64,000 nt of DNA, from NCBI GenBank assembly GCA_040954595.2, contig CM082584.2, positions 10,504,452 through 10,568,451 on the forward strand. The letters run 5' to 3'. The stretch's first letter is position 1, and each line of letters begins with the position of its first letter. The position numbers and the translations under genes are program-made. Shown piece after piece: positions 23,869 through 35,544 of the stretch. The stretch comes from Balanoglossus misakiensis. Lineage: Eukaryota; Animalia; Hemichordata. The notes below the pieces were generated by a model. The model did not search any database. It had not been told where the DNA came from and saw only the letters and a program-made list of their open reading frames with translations.

Positions 23869-26800
23869 CTACAATTGTGTGTCTCTCTGACTGAAATGGA
23901 AGAAAGTTCGTTTAGATCCATCGCGAAGTCCCGCTTCCACGTCATATATCTCGTTTCTACCCTCGGCATCATCATCATCGCTGCCGTCTACTATGGCCGC
24001 TGGGTCATGTGTGAGTTCGATCGCTTCAACTATCTTGTTAACCCTTCGGTTTTCTGGGCGGTCTGATCGGGCGTAGAAGTCCATTGCTGTTGGAGACTGT
24101 GGCGCTGTTCTGAGAGAGAATGGCTCTTCGTTGCTGTCCGTGCTGTCTGTGGACTTTTGTCTCGGGAGGAGGGGTTCAATGTCATTGTCATCCACTGACC
24201 TTTCTTGTTCCTGAGGACTGTCTTGTTCAAGGTCGCCTCCGTCGCTGGAATCGTCACCACTTAGCGATTCTGGTACCTCAGCGCCGTCTGTTTCATCTTC
24301 TTCTCCGTGTTCCATGGAGATGACCATTTGATGATCGGGGTCGTCTTGGAAACCATGGTTGTCATGACAACTTGCATCATCGGAGGGGCACTGACTGGAG
24401 TCATCATCTCCGGAATCGTCGGTTGAGGCGCTGTCGTTCTCGATGATCGCCGGCAATGTGTGTGTCATTCCATAGTTGTCGGTCTGAACACCTGCATCCA
24501 TCGTCTTCTTCATCGTCACTTCCTCTTGTATCTGCGGCGACTGTTTGACGAGACTTGTCTCTTCCTTCGCATTCTTGACTATCCCCTCGGCCAACCCTTT
24601 GCCAAGTTGTTTGAACAAGTTGCTCCCCATACTGCTTCTTGTCGTTTGGCTCTGCAGCAGACGCTCGTGGCCTTCGGAAAACTGCCTCTCCAAACCACGG
24701 AAGAGCTCACTGCTCTGGTCGGCCGAGAATCTCATCTGTTGCTGGAGAGCCTTAATCACCTCGCTGTTTTCCAGCTTACTGTTCCCGACCAAATGTTCCA
24801 GCAACCCCACGTGCGTGAGCAGATTTTCGTTCTGCCTGGAGCACCTGTTTATCTCACCATCAAGTTTCTGCATCATTCCATAAATTTCGAACCTAAAAGA
24901 TAACAACAGTCATACTTAGAGTAGATACATTACGGGGCAATGTTTAATACCTTCTGATATATCTGATCATTATAAACTGAAACTAAACTTTGGAGACTTG
25001 AAAGTATAGATTAGTACAGTTTTTTTGTACTTTCTCACCTGAAAGTTGAAATATCCTGCTTGACAACCATCAAGTCAGCAGGGGAAACAGATTCGCTCTC
25101 GCTAACCCATTTCGAAGATGTGAAGTATCGCTGCACCAAAATTCTACAGATCTTCTGTAAAAATGAAAGTCGGGCGTTTACATTGCGACGTTCATCACTA
25201 AATGCAAATTAAACGAACTGTAACATTCCCACCATGTGTCTTATAGACAGATTTGATTTTGGCAGTCAAGTGCGTTTTCTGTACGTATGCAGCTCCTTGA
25301 ATCTGGATACACTTTCAATGATAACGATTCCGATGGTGTTAACATGTAGTTCCCCAAAAACAAACAAAGCTAGAAGTTGATACTTGCCGAGTAATCTCCG
25401 TGTATCTTAGTGATCTCTTTTTGTTTCCTCTGCAATAAAATTCATAGATAGGTAGATAGTTAGGCAGACAGGCAGGCAGACAATCCTTGTTAGCACCTTC
25501 CTTTATCCTAATTGAACCCACTATAAAGTTCGGATATTTACTAGTATCATAAACAAATCCATGTATGAAACTTTACCTCCTCCTTCCTTGCACCTCGCTT
25601 GCGACAGCAGACATTAAAGTACACATAACGACAGAATCTGACGATGTTCTTGAGGCTGGGAATGGCATTGAACGGCGGAGGCAACGTGGCTCCCCGTCTG
25701 AAGAAGACCATCCACATCTGCGAACGGTAATACTTCCATTCCACATCAGCATTGTTCTGTTTTCGACAAACAAGCAAATGGAGAAAGAAGGGGAATAAAT
25801 GACGATGAACTGACTGAAGCTTAGAACGTATTAACGTCACTCCAGCGATGATTTCATCATCATGTGTAAAACCTCTGTCTGTTAAAGAGCCACATGTCCG
25901 TAATTTGTAACATATTTCTTGCATAAAAGCATTTGCTGCTTATATGTCAGATATGACATGAAAGCACGAGGATAAAGGTTTTCTCCGCAACGTACCGAAA
26001 CAGTTGCATAAGTAGTACCCATGAACGCAATGAGAAGGTTCAATAGGACAATAATAGCTGATAGTTGGAAGAGTGCGAAGAGAAGGTCTCCAAAGAATTC
26101 AGTTGAAGCATGGTCGGGCTCAACGTCAAGAGTCTCTAGGGGGATGAGACCAAACAGTGACCAAAATAGTGTTGCCATGGAATTAGGTAATCTAGAACAA
26201 AATAAAAAATGCCAGGGTTGTTTTGTTAATTATACGATAATACACAGTCACATGTACCTGGGCACAACGTGAATAACCAAACTAGAATATAGAATAGCTC
26301 AGGGACGGTAAGGAAGAGTACATTTAGTTTTATACCTGCCGTAAGGTTGATCAGCACATGCGTTGTAGGATTCTCCTTGCTTCAAGCAGTAAAGGGTCTG
26401 GTCTGCTGCGTACGACCAGTATATCTGAGTCATGCCAAGAGCAAACGCTATCCACAGCACACTGAACATGACGAGAAAGAGAATGACATCAAAGATCATC
26501 TTGCTGAAGGATATCTGCATGGGACCGATATATTCATTGATGACCATCACACGGAGGAATCTTATGACACTGATGACGGTGGCACAGGCGAGGATGCAGT
26601 CTGCCAATAGTGTTGGTTCCGAGGAATCCCAGTCTCTTCGCGGGGACGAGTACCCAATGTCGTCATACTGAGGGTCGGTCGGTTCCTCCACCTCGGGAAC
26701 AGTTGGTGCGGGGGTTGGCAACCAGCGGTAAATATCTTCGGCCAAGTCGTCAATGGCCCGAGTCACGTTTGACAGTGATTCCTCGCACTCTGTTGGAAAA

Positions 26801-29800
26801 TTCGCCTCATCAATTGCCGTAGATATGTTGCTCAGAATAGTGTCTGTGACGTTGTACATCAATTCTTCGGTGTGTGACCGTGTTTCATCATGCTCATATG
26901 ATATATAATCAAGCACCTCTTTCAATATAGGGGAACGTGTTGTGTACCGTTGCGGTGTTGTGACAAGGGCAGCTTGACTTCTGGTAGATGCAGTTGTTGG
27001 TGTTGTTGTTGTTGTTGTTGGTGTGGTGGTGGTGGTGGTGGTGGTTGTAGGGGTCCGTGTTGTTGTGTGTTTTGTAGGAGAAGTATGCATGCGTGTTGTG
27101 CGGGAGTGGGTTGTTGGGAGAGTGGTGGTGGTTGGCTGTGGTGTTGTTCGGGCGTCAGTGGTGGTGGGGAGATGTGATTTGCGGGTTGTTGGGGGATGTG
27201 TGGTTTGGGCGTCTGTGGTTGTTGGGAATTGTGTTGTGCGAGTGTCAGTAGTGGTAAGGGGATGGGTTGTGAGGATGATAGAAGGGTGTGTTGTTTGTGC
27301 GCCTGTGGTGGTTTGAGATTGTGTTGTACGGGTGTCAGTGGTGGTTGGGAATTGTGTTGTGCGGGTGGTTGGCAGATGTGTTGTTTGGCTGTCTGTGGTG
27401 GTTGGGTATGGTGTTGTGCGGGTGGTTGGACGATGTGTTGTTAATGTGTCTGTGGTGGTAAGGGGATTTGTTGAGTGGCTGGTAGTGGTAATGGCATATT
27501 GTGTTGTGTTGTTGTCAGTCAAGGCATGAGTATCCGTTGTCCAGGTAATGCCATCTGTAATTTCAGAAGTCGTTTGCTCAGTCGTGTGAGATGTGATACT
27601 TTCTTCGGTGCCAGTGTCTCGTGATGTATCCGAATGTGTAGACCGACGAATGGTGGGGGTGCTTAGATCAGTACTTTTAAACTCAGTGGAAGTTAGCCGC
27701 GTTACTCTTGCAGGGGTAGTTTGTTCTCGCGTTTCTGTGCGAGTGTTGGTGTTTGGAGAAGTAACGGTTGCACGAGGACCAGTGGCTGGTGTTGTCTGCG
27801 ACTGTGTTTCTCTTGGAGTGGTTGCCTCCCCTGTTGAAATATCGGGTTGTGTAACATTGAACAAATCCTCCTCCTCTGTCGAAAAGTATAAGTCCGTGGT
27901 ATTGAACGCATCTCCCTCCATTGTAGAATTGAAAATGTCCTCTAGGTTCTCTACTGTATCGAGAGCGGTACTGTTTGGGGCACTCCGTTCATTCCTGCTA
28001 TGGATGACATCCAGTTCATTTTGCAGTACAAATGGCTCGTTTCCACCACTTGTAAAGTAATTACCCATGATCGATGAGTATGTGTGTCCCAAGCTGGCGG
28101 TATCGTTGGTCGATTCTTGGCTCCTCTCAATTGCAACCTGCGTGACAACGAGAGAAAACTTAAACCGTTTGCGAAATGGCACAAATCTGGTACTGTTAAA
28201 AAGGCAGATCTCCCCAGATTTCCTTTCCTCTGAAATCTTTCCCTGGACAGCCTGTCTGTCGACGGGTGCACCACGGTGATTTTCGCTGCAAAGAGCGAAA
28301 ATGGTATCATGGTACTCACCTCAATATAAGCCCACAGCCTGAACGCAACCCAGCACCAGTAGAGACACAACTGTAACACATCAATCCAGTTCCAGGGGTC
28401 ATGTATGTAAGTTTTCAACCCGTCATTATATACCTCTTTAATCTCGCGCCATGTCATTGCTAATTTGAGAAACAAAAGTATGAAAATTCCATGTACGTAA
28501 AGCCATCTTTTGTAAAAATAAATCTTTGGAAACGGACTTCATCTGTGGTATACTCGGATTTCGTCTTGTGGGGATTCAAACAGTCTCTCACACCTACATG
28601 TCGTACATGAAGTAAGAGAAGGACACTTACCGACAATCCATACGAAGATTAGAATCTCAAGCACTGTGAACGGAGGACCACGTTGTTGATTTTCCATGCG
28701 TTGCACCAACAGACGCTGGATGTCATCGTCGATGCCCAGTGTACTGAAGTCCACAGTCGTCATAAAGAGAAGCGTCAGAAAATAACCATACGACGCTGTG
28801 TGCATCAGAAATTTGATGTACCTATGGAAGAATAAAAAAATAGTTTGATTATCCTATTAAGAGATTAGTCTGATGTTTTGCCACTTGGACGTGAGCAGAG
28901 CAGTGGGAAATTCGATAGCATGCAGTGACCGTTAGATATTGGGCACTGCTATTGTACTGTCACTGTATATAACCATGTACACGTATATCTTATTACTAAA
29001 TGAATGAAATAAGAAGGAACCCGTCTTTCGACTCACGGTGTTCTCATGAATTCCTGTATTTTGCCGTATGGTACCAGGAAATAGACGAGGCTCAGTATAG
29101 GGAAGAACAGCATGATGGTCAAGGAGATTAAGACATTTCGCGTCGTGCTTTTGTCTCTCCAGTTTTTGAGTGAGGAAGTTCCATACCACCTGGTGATCAA
29201 CTCTTGCTGACAGTGGGGATGGGCGACAAACTACGAGGGAGAGAGAAGGGGGAGGGAGGAGAGATGGAGAGAGAGGGAGAGAGAGGGGGAGAGGGAGAGA
29301 GTTAGAGAGAGGGGGAGAGAGATCGTTAATAGCAACACATAAGAATGCATCAGCTTCTGGGTCATTTAAAAAAAACTACATAAAGCGAACCATTATACCA
29401 AGAGTCACCTTCTTTTGATCCTTTTCGACGGCATATATAACTTTTGATGGTCGGTCCCCGCTGCTGACGTTTTTGGTCGTCAGTTTGGAATCATGTGCCA
29501 GTACTGTTCGTAATTCTCTTCTGGTGTCACGTGTCTGCCCGAGAAGATCGGCTGCAAACTCCTCGCACTGTTTCGACAGCTCCAAATATTCGAGCCGAAA
29601 CTCGTACTCTTCGTTGCTCATGGATTTCAACTGCGACGACAGCTGAAAGAAAAGTCAGTTGTATTTCATTCGCCGCAAGTCCGGTAATTATTGCACGACA
29701 GCTCCAAATACCATGTAGTGTCACTAATATTACTATTATACAAGTGAACAAACGAAGCTGCCAACATTCGTAACACTATTCGAGAATGTCACAGCGATAT

Positions 29801-31184
29801 TGAAAGCTGTGTGTTGATGACTATTGCAAATAACCAGATTTCAATTCATTCGCTAGTCTACCCACTCACCTCAAAGGCTTTACCGAATGGATCGGACACG
29901 CCCTCATCGCCAGCTGATTTCTGTTTCTTTGAACCCTTTTTAATACTATCCGCGGGGGTGTCCGGCTGGTCAAAATCGTCCGACTTCTCACTACCACGCT
30001 TCTCCAGTTCCGTTACAGCGATGTAGGCAGGACTGCTGATTGCCCGGTAGAAGTTCAACAACCCCAGAGATCGCTCCACCGTGTGGTTTTCAGACTGCCA
30101 CTGGTTGTCCGCCGTTGATTCCCTTTTCTTTAGTATGATGTCGCGCGCTCCATATTGCCTAAGAGTCTGGATAGTTAAGTATAGCTTCTTCAAGACTTTG
30201 TGGACTTGTATTACAGTAGTTGCCCTTTGTTGTACTGATATATATTTCTCCTTCTCCAAATGGCTTCCGATTCGAAAATTGTTGTGAAGATAATTCGTTT
30301 ATCGCGTTTCTAGTAAATGCTACTAAGCAAAAATTCGGGTGCGAAAGTTTGGCGTTTCAAAATTCCACTTACCTTGATAATCTCATAGTGATTATGTTGT
30401 GCTGCCAACACCAGTGGGCGCATATCTTTTTGAAAATCATTGTTTCCGTCATTAACCGGCTTGTTGACAAGTTTAGGATGACCAAATTCATCCAAGTCCA
30501 ACCTCTGCGAAAATGGAGAACTTTGAGCAGATTTTGCCGGAGACTATGTAGAGGCAAATTCGCACATTGTCACATGTTAATGAATTTTAAGTATACTGAC
30601 TGATTTTTTTGTCATCGGTTTTGTGGGTATAGATGTTTCGAAGTCATGAACTTGTATCTTACTGAGTATAGATATGAGTCGTACCTGTCCTTTAACGTAC
30701 ATCAACAGCGCCTCCACTGCTTCGTGGAAACCGCAGGCAATGGCGTAGAGCAAACAGTCACCGATCTGAACGCGATGGCTCAAGAGAAGTTCAATGATAG
30801 CTGCGAAAAGAAAAAGAAACAAAATGTGTCATTATGATTAGAATAGTCATCACAGACAGACAGACAGACAGACGGACGGACGTATCTAAACATGGAGCTA
30901 GAAATTCGTCCACAAAACGCCGACCATACACGTCATACCTCTTCCGAAAATCGCAACATTATTTGAAGGCATCACAAATACCAGAGCCTACCTATATGGC
31001 CGTTTTCTATCGCCAGCTGCAAGGTTGTTTTGCCATGCTTGTTCTCGAAATTCATGTCTGCATTGACTTTCTCCAGCAGGTCAAGTGTGCCTTCCATGGC
31101 TTGTACATCACCCTTCTCTGCGGCCTGCAAGCATATTTTCTCCAACAAGGCTGTGTCATCATGCATTTCGTAACCTTCGTCCAT
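23869..31184 (-). CDS. TRPC-family cation channel with a ~500-aa mucin-like extracellular insertion (~1618 aa, 14 coding exons)
   Basis: Exons 31184-30992, 30800-30685, 30504-30373, 30166-29870, 29642-29409, 29230-29037, 28821-28631, 28459-28320, 28137-26336, 26191-25996, 25756-25577, 25429-25388, 25154-25039, 24892-23869 (4857 nt, in frame). Ankyrin repeats (GKTTLQLAIENGH, IGDCLLYAI, PLVLAAQHNHYEII), YRAISSPAYI, EYEFRLEY...CEEFAADLLGQ, KKFVAHPHCQQ, PYIKFLMHTASY, DPWNWID, pore TLFWSLFGL, S6 LLNLLIAFM, TRP box EWKYYRSQMW, LPPPFN and KQDISTFRFE. Confidence 0.92.
26990..27540 (-). repeat. Degenerate coding tandem repeat encoding the Thr-rich core of the TRP insertion
   Basis: Units of about 9-11 aa such as TTHPLTTTDTR, TTQFPTTTDAQ and TTHLPTTRT, ending in a TTTTTTTTP run encoded by (ggt/tgt)n on the + strand. 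Confidence 0.85.
29235..29321. repeat. GA-rich low-complexity tract; forms the long polypyrimidine tract of a TRP intron on the - strand
   Basis: Direct read; it lies just upstream (- strand) of the acceptor at 29231. Confidence 0.85.
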
Positions 31185-32829
31185 ATTGATATCAATATAT
31201 GCTGGAAGCCAATAGGTATTATAATGTATGTCATACAGGCAGACAATCTTACATAGACAAGAAGGCAGGGACAGACAGACATGTAAGATTTTATGCAGGG
31301 ACACACTCAACATTGAAGCCAGACTCGGTCACTGATGGGCACGTACTGGTAGATGTTATACAAATATTGAACTTGGCGAAAGCTTAGAACTGAGCAAACA
31401 CTCAAACAAGAAACAGGAGACAGTTAACTTCAGCTTTCGACAAGGCATAGAGGTGGGCACGGTAACAAGAAGTTAGCGAAATATGTCGAACGTGTGGGCA
31501 TCTCGCCAGAAGATAACAATATGGGGAAGCGTGCCATGTTGACGGGGCAAACAGATATCGTGGGCGAATTAACACAGCCCTATGTGCTTACAATTCTCAG
31601 GCATGGAAATAAATGCAGCGAATACTGCGAAAAAGATGCGATGCGAAACAAATGTAAACAGAATCTGCACTGGAAGTTGCGACATTTACTTCCCATAACA
31701 ACAGAAAATGTTCCTGCTTGATAGCAATGTCAATACCATTATATTCTGGCCCGGAACACAAAAATATTTCGGCGCACAAAACTTCTAGTTTTTTTACCGT
31801 TTTAGTGTTCGAGCTAATTAATAATGACAATTAGACTTGCTATAGTTATCGCAATTTCAGCACTGCGGCAGTTGCGTTACTTCAGAGCATCGAATGACTT
31901 TGGGTATGACACTGGTAATACCCCCGGCCAAAAATATCATCATTTCCAAGCTATCGTCCACTCCTTTCTAGGGAAATATCACGTGTGACGTTTTGGTATT
32001 AAACGTTGTAAATTAAGGCTTACAAGAAAATACACCAGTAATTTCAATCGCGCAGCACAAAGAAATTGACCGAATCTGCAGGAAGTTGTCACGGTCACTA
32101 TTCCTGTTGCTGACGAGCTAGAAGTCTCGAAAATACATATTAACTGAAAATTGACTCTAATATACACGACATTTTACCTTACTTCAGACTTGAACAGTTT
32201 TCGGCGTATTGTCCTCTGGTCAGGGCGGAAAATGTCAAAATATTGAAAACCTCGATTTAAATACGGGATGAGTGATGCTACGTAGCTCTGATAAACAAAG
32301 CTTGGATATTAGTTTCGATTTATTTGGCCAGGTGCCAAAGAACATGCAGAGGCCTCAGTGTACAGATTTTTTCTTCGTGTACTGCCATAATAGGGAAGTT
32401 AGTGGTACACACAGTTCAACGGTGTGCAAAAACGAGAACCGAGAAATCGCAGTTTGCCTCTATCTTGTTTATCAGTTAAGTTTCTCTGTCCAGAACACAA
32501 TCAACACCTTCATGTTACGGAAGTTGCGGGCGGTGGCTGCGCACTTCTGCATGCCATTTTGACAGGTATGCTTTCGTCACATTCTCGCCAGCCTACATAG
32601 GCCACGGGGCTACCTTTCCAGCGGGCTTTCATACAAAACTACCGCACGGAACAGAAGGGAAGTTTTACAAGGGAATCGATGGATTTTTTGTGTGCAAAGC
32701 CGTAGCATTATGTCCCAATTAAAAAAAATCACTCCAGTTCTCCCAAGTTGAATGTGGTATCTCATTCTACGTCCATGGTGAGTGTAACGCCACTCATGGA
32801 ACTAGCTCCATGCGCCACTCAACTCGTTT

Positions 32830-32976
32830 AGGGACTGGACAGTTTCTTTGGCCTGCGTTGGATTCAAGGGGGAGGTCACCCTGTTTAGGGGTCGCCCACT
32901 TTTCCATCACTTTGGTCACTTTTTGATATCCTCAAAATAGAATCCACGCCCCCGGCTGAAGAACTGACCAGTCCCT
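32830..32976. mobile_element. Putative ~150-bp MITE (non-autonomous DNA transposon)
   Basis: Terminal inverted repeats: agggactggacagtttctt at the left end versus aagaactgaccagtccct at the right end (reverse complement agggactggtcagttctt). An inner inverted pair tggattc/gaatcca is present. Flanks are TA/TTAA-like (ttta...ttac). No coding capacity. Confidence 0.6.
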
Positions 32977-33137
32977 TACGCAATTCAGAGGTGTTAATGT
33001 TTAAACAATGGCGATCAATAACAATACAATACGCAGGTCTGACTGCTATCTGTGAACAAAGGCGGCAGAAAAAACTGGAGTCTACTGCGCATGTCGTTTC
33101 ATTGAATAGTTCCCTTTACAGGTTCACAGCCCCAAAA

Positions 33138-35000
33138 ATGGACACATGCGCTTCTTCTTCGTGGAAATCCGCCCGATCCCTAACGATGTTACGACGTTTC
33201 TCACTTCGCAAGGTACTCGTCTGTGCAATAGTGGTATCCTCATTTACTTACACTGTACTGTACATGTCAGACACCAAGAACAATAGACTAACACACAAGG
33301 CTGGACGAAAGACGCACAGAAGAACGCCACGCCGTCGCTTGCAAATGAATGCAATGCAACTCTCGCCGCTTGAACAATGGTAAGTACACGGCGTCTTATT
33401 AAAAGCGCAAATGATCATGACAATTAACAGAGAAATGTTTAATTCAAAGAGTGAATTTCTTAGGCCGTATCCTTAAATGTGAGTCGTTGACATGCGATTA
33501 TTTTTGAGAAATTCCCAAATATCTGAGACTGCATTTTAAACTTATTTTCTGATTCCTCCGAGTAGTCTCAAAACATTACGAGTTCCAAATGGTACATTTG
33601 AAAATGATAATGTGGAAAACACAAACATGATGCAAGACCCTAGGAAAGTGAAGAGCTGGCGTGAATTACGGTGAGTCCTGGCACGGAAGTTGCGTCGACA
33701 ATACAGGAAATGTACAATACATGAAATGTACAATACTTGACAATGGATTCTTATTGGTCTACTGTGTATGTCATCCATCAATACTGTTGTATTTTTTTTT
33801 TTTCATTTCAGAAACATTGTCTCCAAGATGTTGATTCTTGAAAACACAATAGCTGTCTACAGATCAAACGTGACGATAGATGCAGATCCTATGGGAACAA
33901 GAAACTTCCCTCAGAATATATGGCCGCCTGGTGTGGCCCTCCGTGGGTGCCTGCGAACGTGGTACGATTCCTCCTTTTACACCTTGCCGCAGCAGAGGTC
34001 GTGTGCCATAGTCGGAAACGGCGGGATCCTGCAGAACAGTACGTGTGGACCACTCATCGACAGCCACGATTTCGTGATGCGGGCAAATCTGCCGGTGTTA
34101 GCCGGATACGAGGTAGATGTCGGACACAAAACGAACTTGACAGCAGTCAATGCCGTACTCGCTATTATATTACGCAAGCAGCTTGCCAGGGCGAGTAATT
34201 ATTCGTCGACTCGAGAGGAACTGACGAAGATGGCGACGCTCGCTGGCTTGAACGACTCTATTGTATGGTTTACCTATAACATGTCATATAGAGGAGCAAA
34301 GATCATGAGGAACGCAGGGTCGATATTTCACAGTGTTTTGAAGCAAACCAAGGTGGAGAGGACAGACATGACGTACAGAGTGGCATACTCACCAGTACCC
34401 ATTTGGCCGCAGTTAACCAATAGGTAGGTTTATAAAAAGACTTCTATGACTAGAATACACATTTTGTAACATATACATAGATACAATGTACATAGATACA
34501 TACATACATACATACATAGATACATAGATACATAGATACATACATACATAGATACATACATACATACATACATACATACATACATACATACATACATACA
34601 TACATACATACATACATACACACAATTACATACATACATTCATACAGACAGACACACACACACACACACAGACATGTACATGTGGCCACTTACAGACACC
34701 AATAAAAAGACTGACACATGTCAAATATTGCCTTTCAGATTATGGAACAAAACAGGGTCGAGCGAAGGCTTTGTTCTCCTCACCCTATCTGCTCTGTTCT
34801 GCCAAGAACTCACCCTCTACGGATTTTGGCCTTTTCCCGAAGATTCGCGCGGGAATCATGTGCCTCACCACTACTTTGAAGACGGAGACTATAATTTCAC
34901 GCGGAAGAATCACATTCCAGCAGAGTTTGAAATTTTACGGGACTTTAACCGATCTAGTGTGGTCAGGCTTGTCACCGATAATTGTCAACAGATTCATTGA
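33138..35000 (+). CDS. Alpha-2,8-sialyltransferase-like protein (GT29, ST8Sia family), type II membrane protein, ~406 aa, 4 coding exons
   Basis: Exons 33138-33379 (signal anchor VLVCAIVVSSFTYTVLYM), 33566-33670, 33812-34423 (sialylmotif L: CAIVGNGGILQNSTCGPLIDSHDFVMRANLP...DVGHKT), 34739-35000 (motif S SSEGFVLLTLSALFCQELTLYGFWPF, motif III HHYFE, VS-like NHIPAEF). The C-terminal RLVTDNC carries the Cys typical of ST8Sia. Total 1221 nt in frame. AATAAA at ~35357. Confidence 0.9.
34470..34670. repeat. (TACA)n microsatellite with adjoining (CAGA)/(CA)n, in the last sialyltransferase intron
   Basis: Direct read. Confidence 0.95.
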
Positions 35001-35544
35001 CATGTACGTAAATCTTGTTTCATTTGTGGTCACCGGCGTCTCGGCTCAAGCACATTCTGTGAAACAAACCCGGTTTCTATGAGGAAGAACTCACTCGAGA
35101 GAGGGTGATGAGCGTGACATTATATTATTGATCCTTGGTCCCAAATCTAAAAGGAATATCAAATCGGTAAAATGAAAATAATGCTTTCGCTGATTTCACC
35201 CGAGAATCGACATTTCTGGAATGAAATGAACCGTATCGAAAGTATGACATTTGAAGTTGTGTTTCTTGTATTCTTTCACGAAATTGCAACATTGCTGTAT
35301 CGCAGACCATTCAAACTGTAATCAAGTCTGCAAGTAAAACCTTCGCACTTTCGTACAATAAATTGGATAATAACTAATATATAGGCCACGAGAGATTTAT
35401 TTTACCTACACATCAAATCGCATCAATTAATTCAAGGGACCTTTTTTCAAATTTAATTTCGGGGGGGGGGGGGGGATCAGATTTATGTGCAAATCCCTGC
35501 TCACGTAACAGAACTAGCTACAGACGAACGGCCGTTTGTTTTAG

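Noticed and set aside
25284-25302. Possible 18-nt TRP microexon (IQGAAY)
   Set aside because: The splice signals are weak and it gives the wrong register with the conserved YxxIxRxLVxRY motif; the 42-nt exon fits better.
26950-28060. Val/Cys/Gly-rich + strand ORFs
   Set aside because: They are antisense shadows of the Thr-rich TRP exon.
34413-34689. MYVC-repeat ORFs
   Set aside because: They are translations of the (TACA)n microsatellite.
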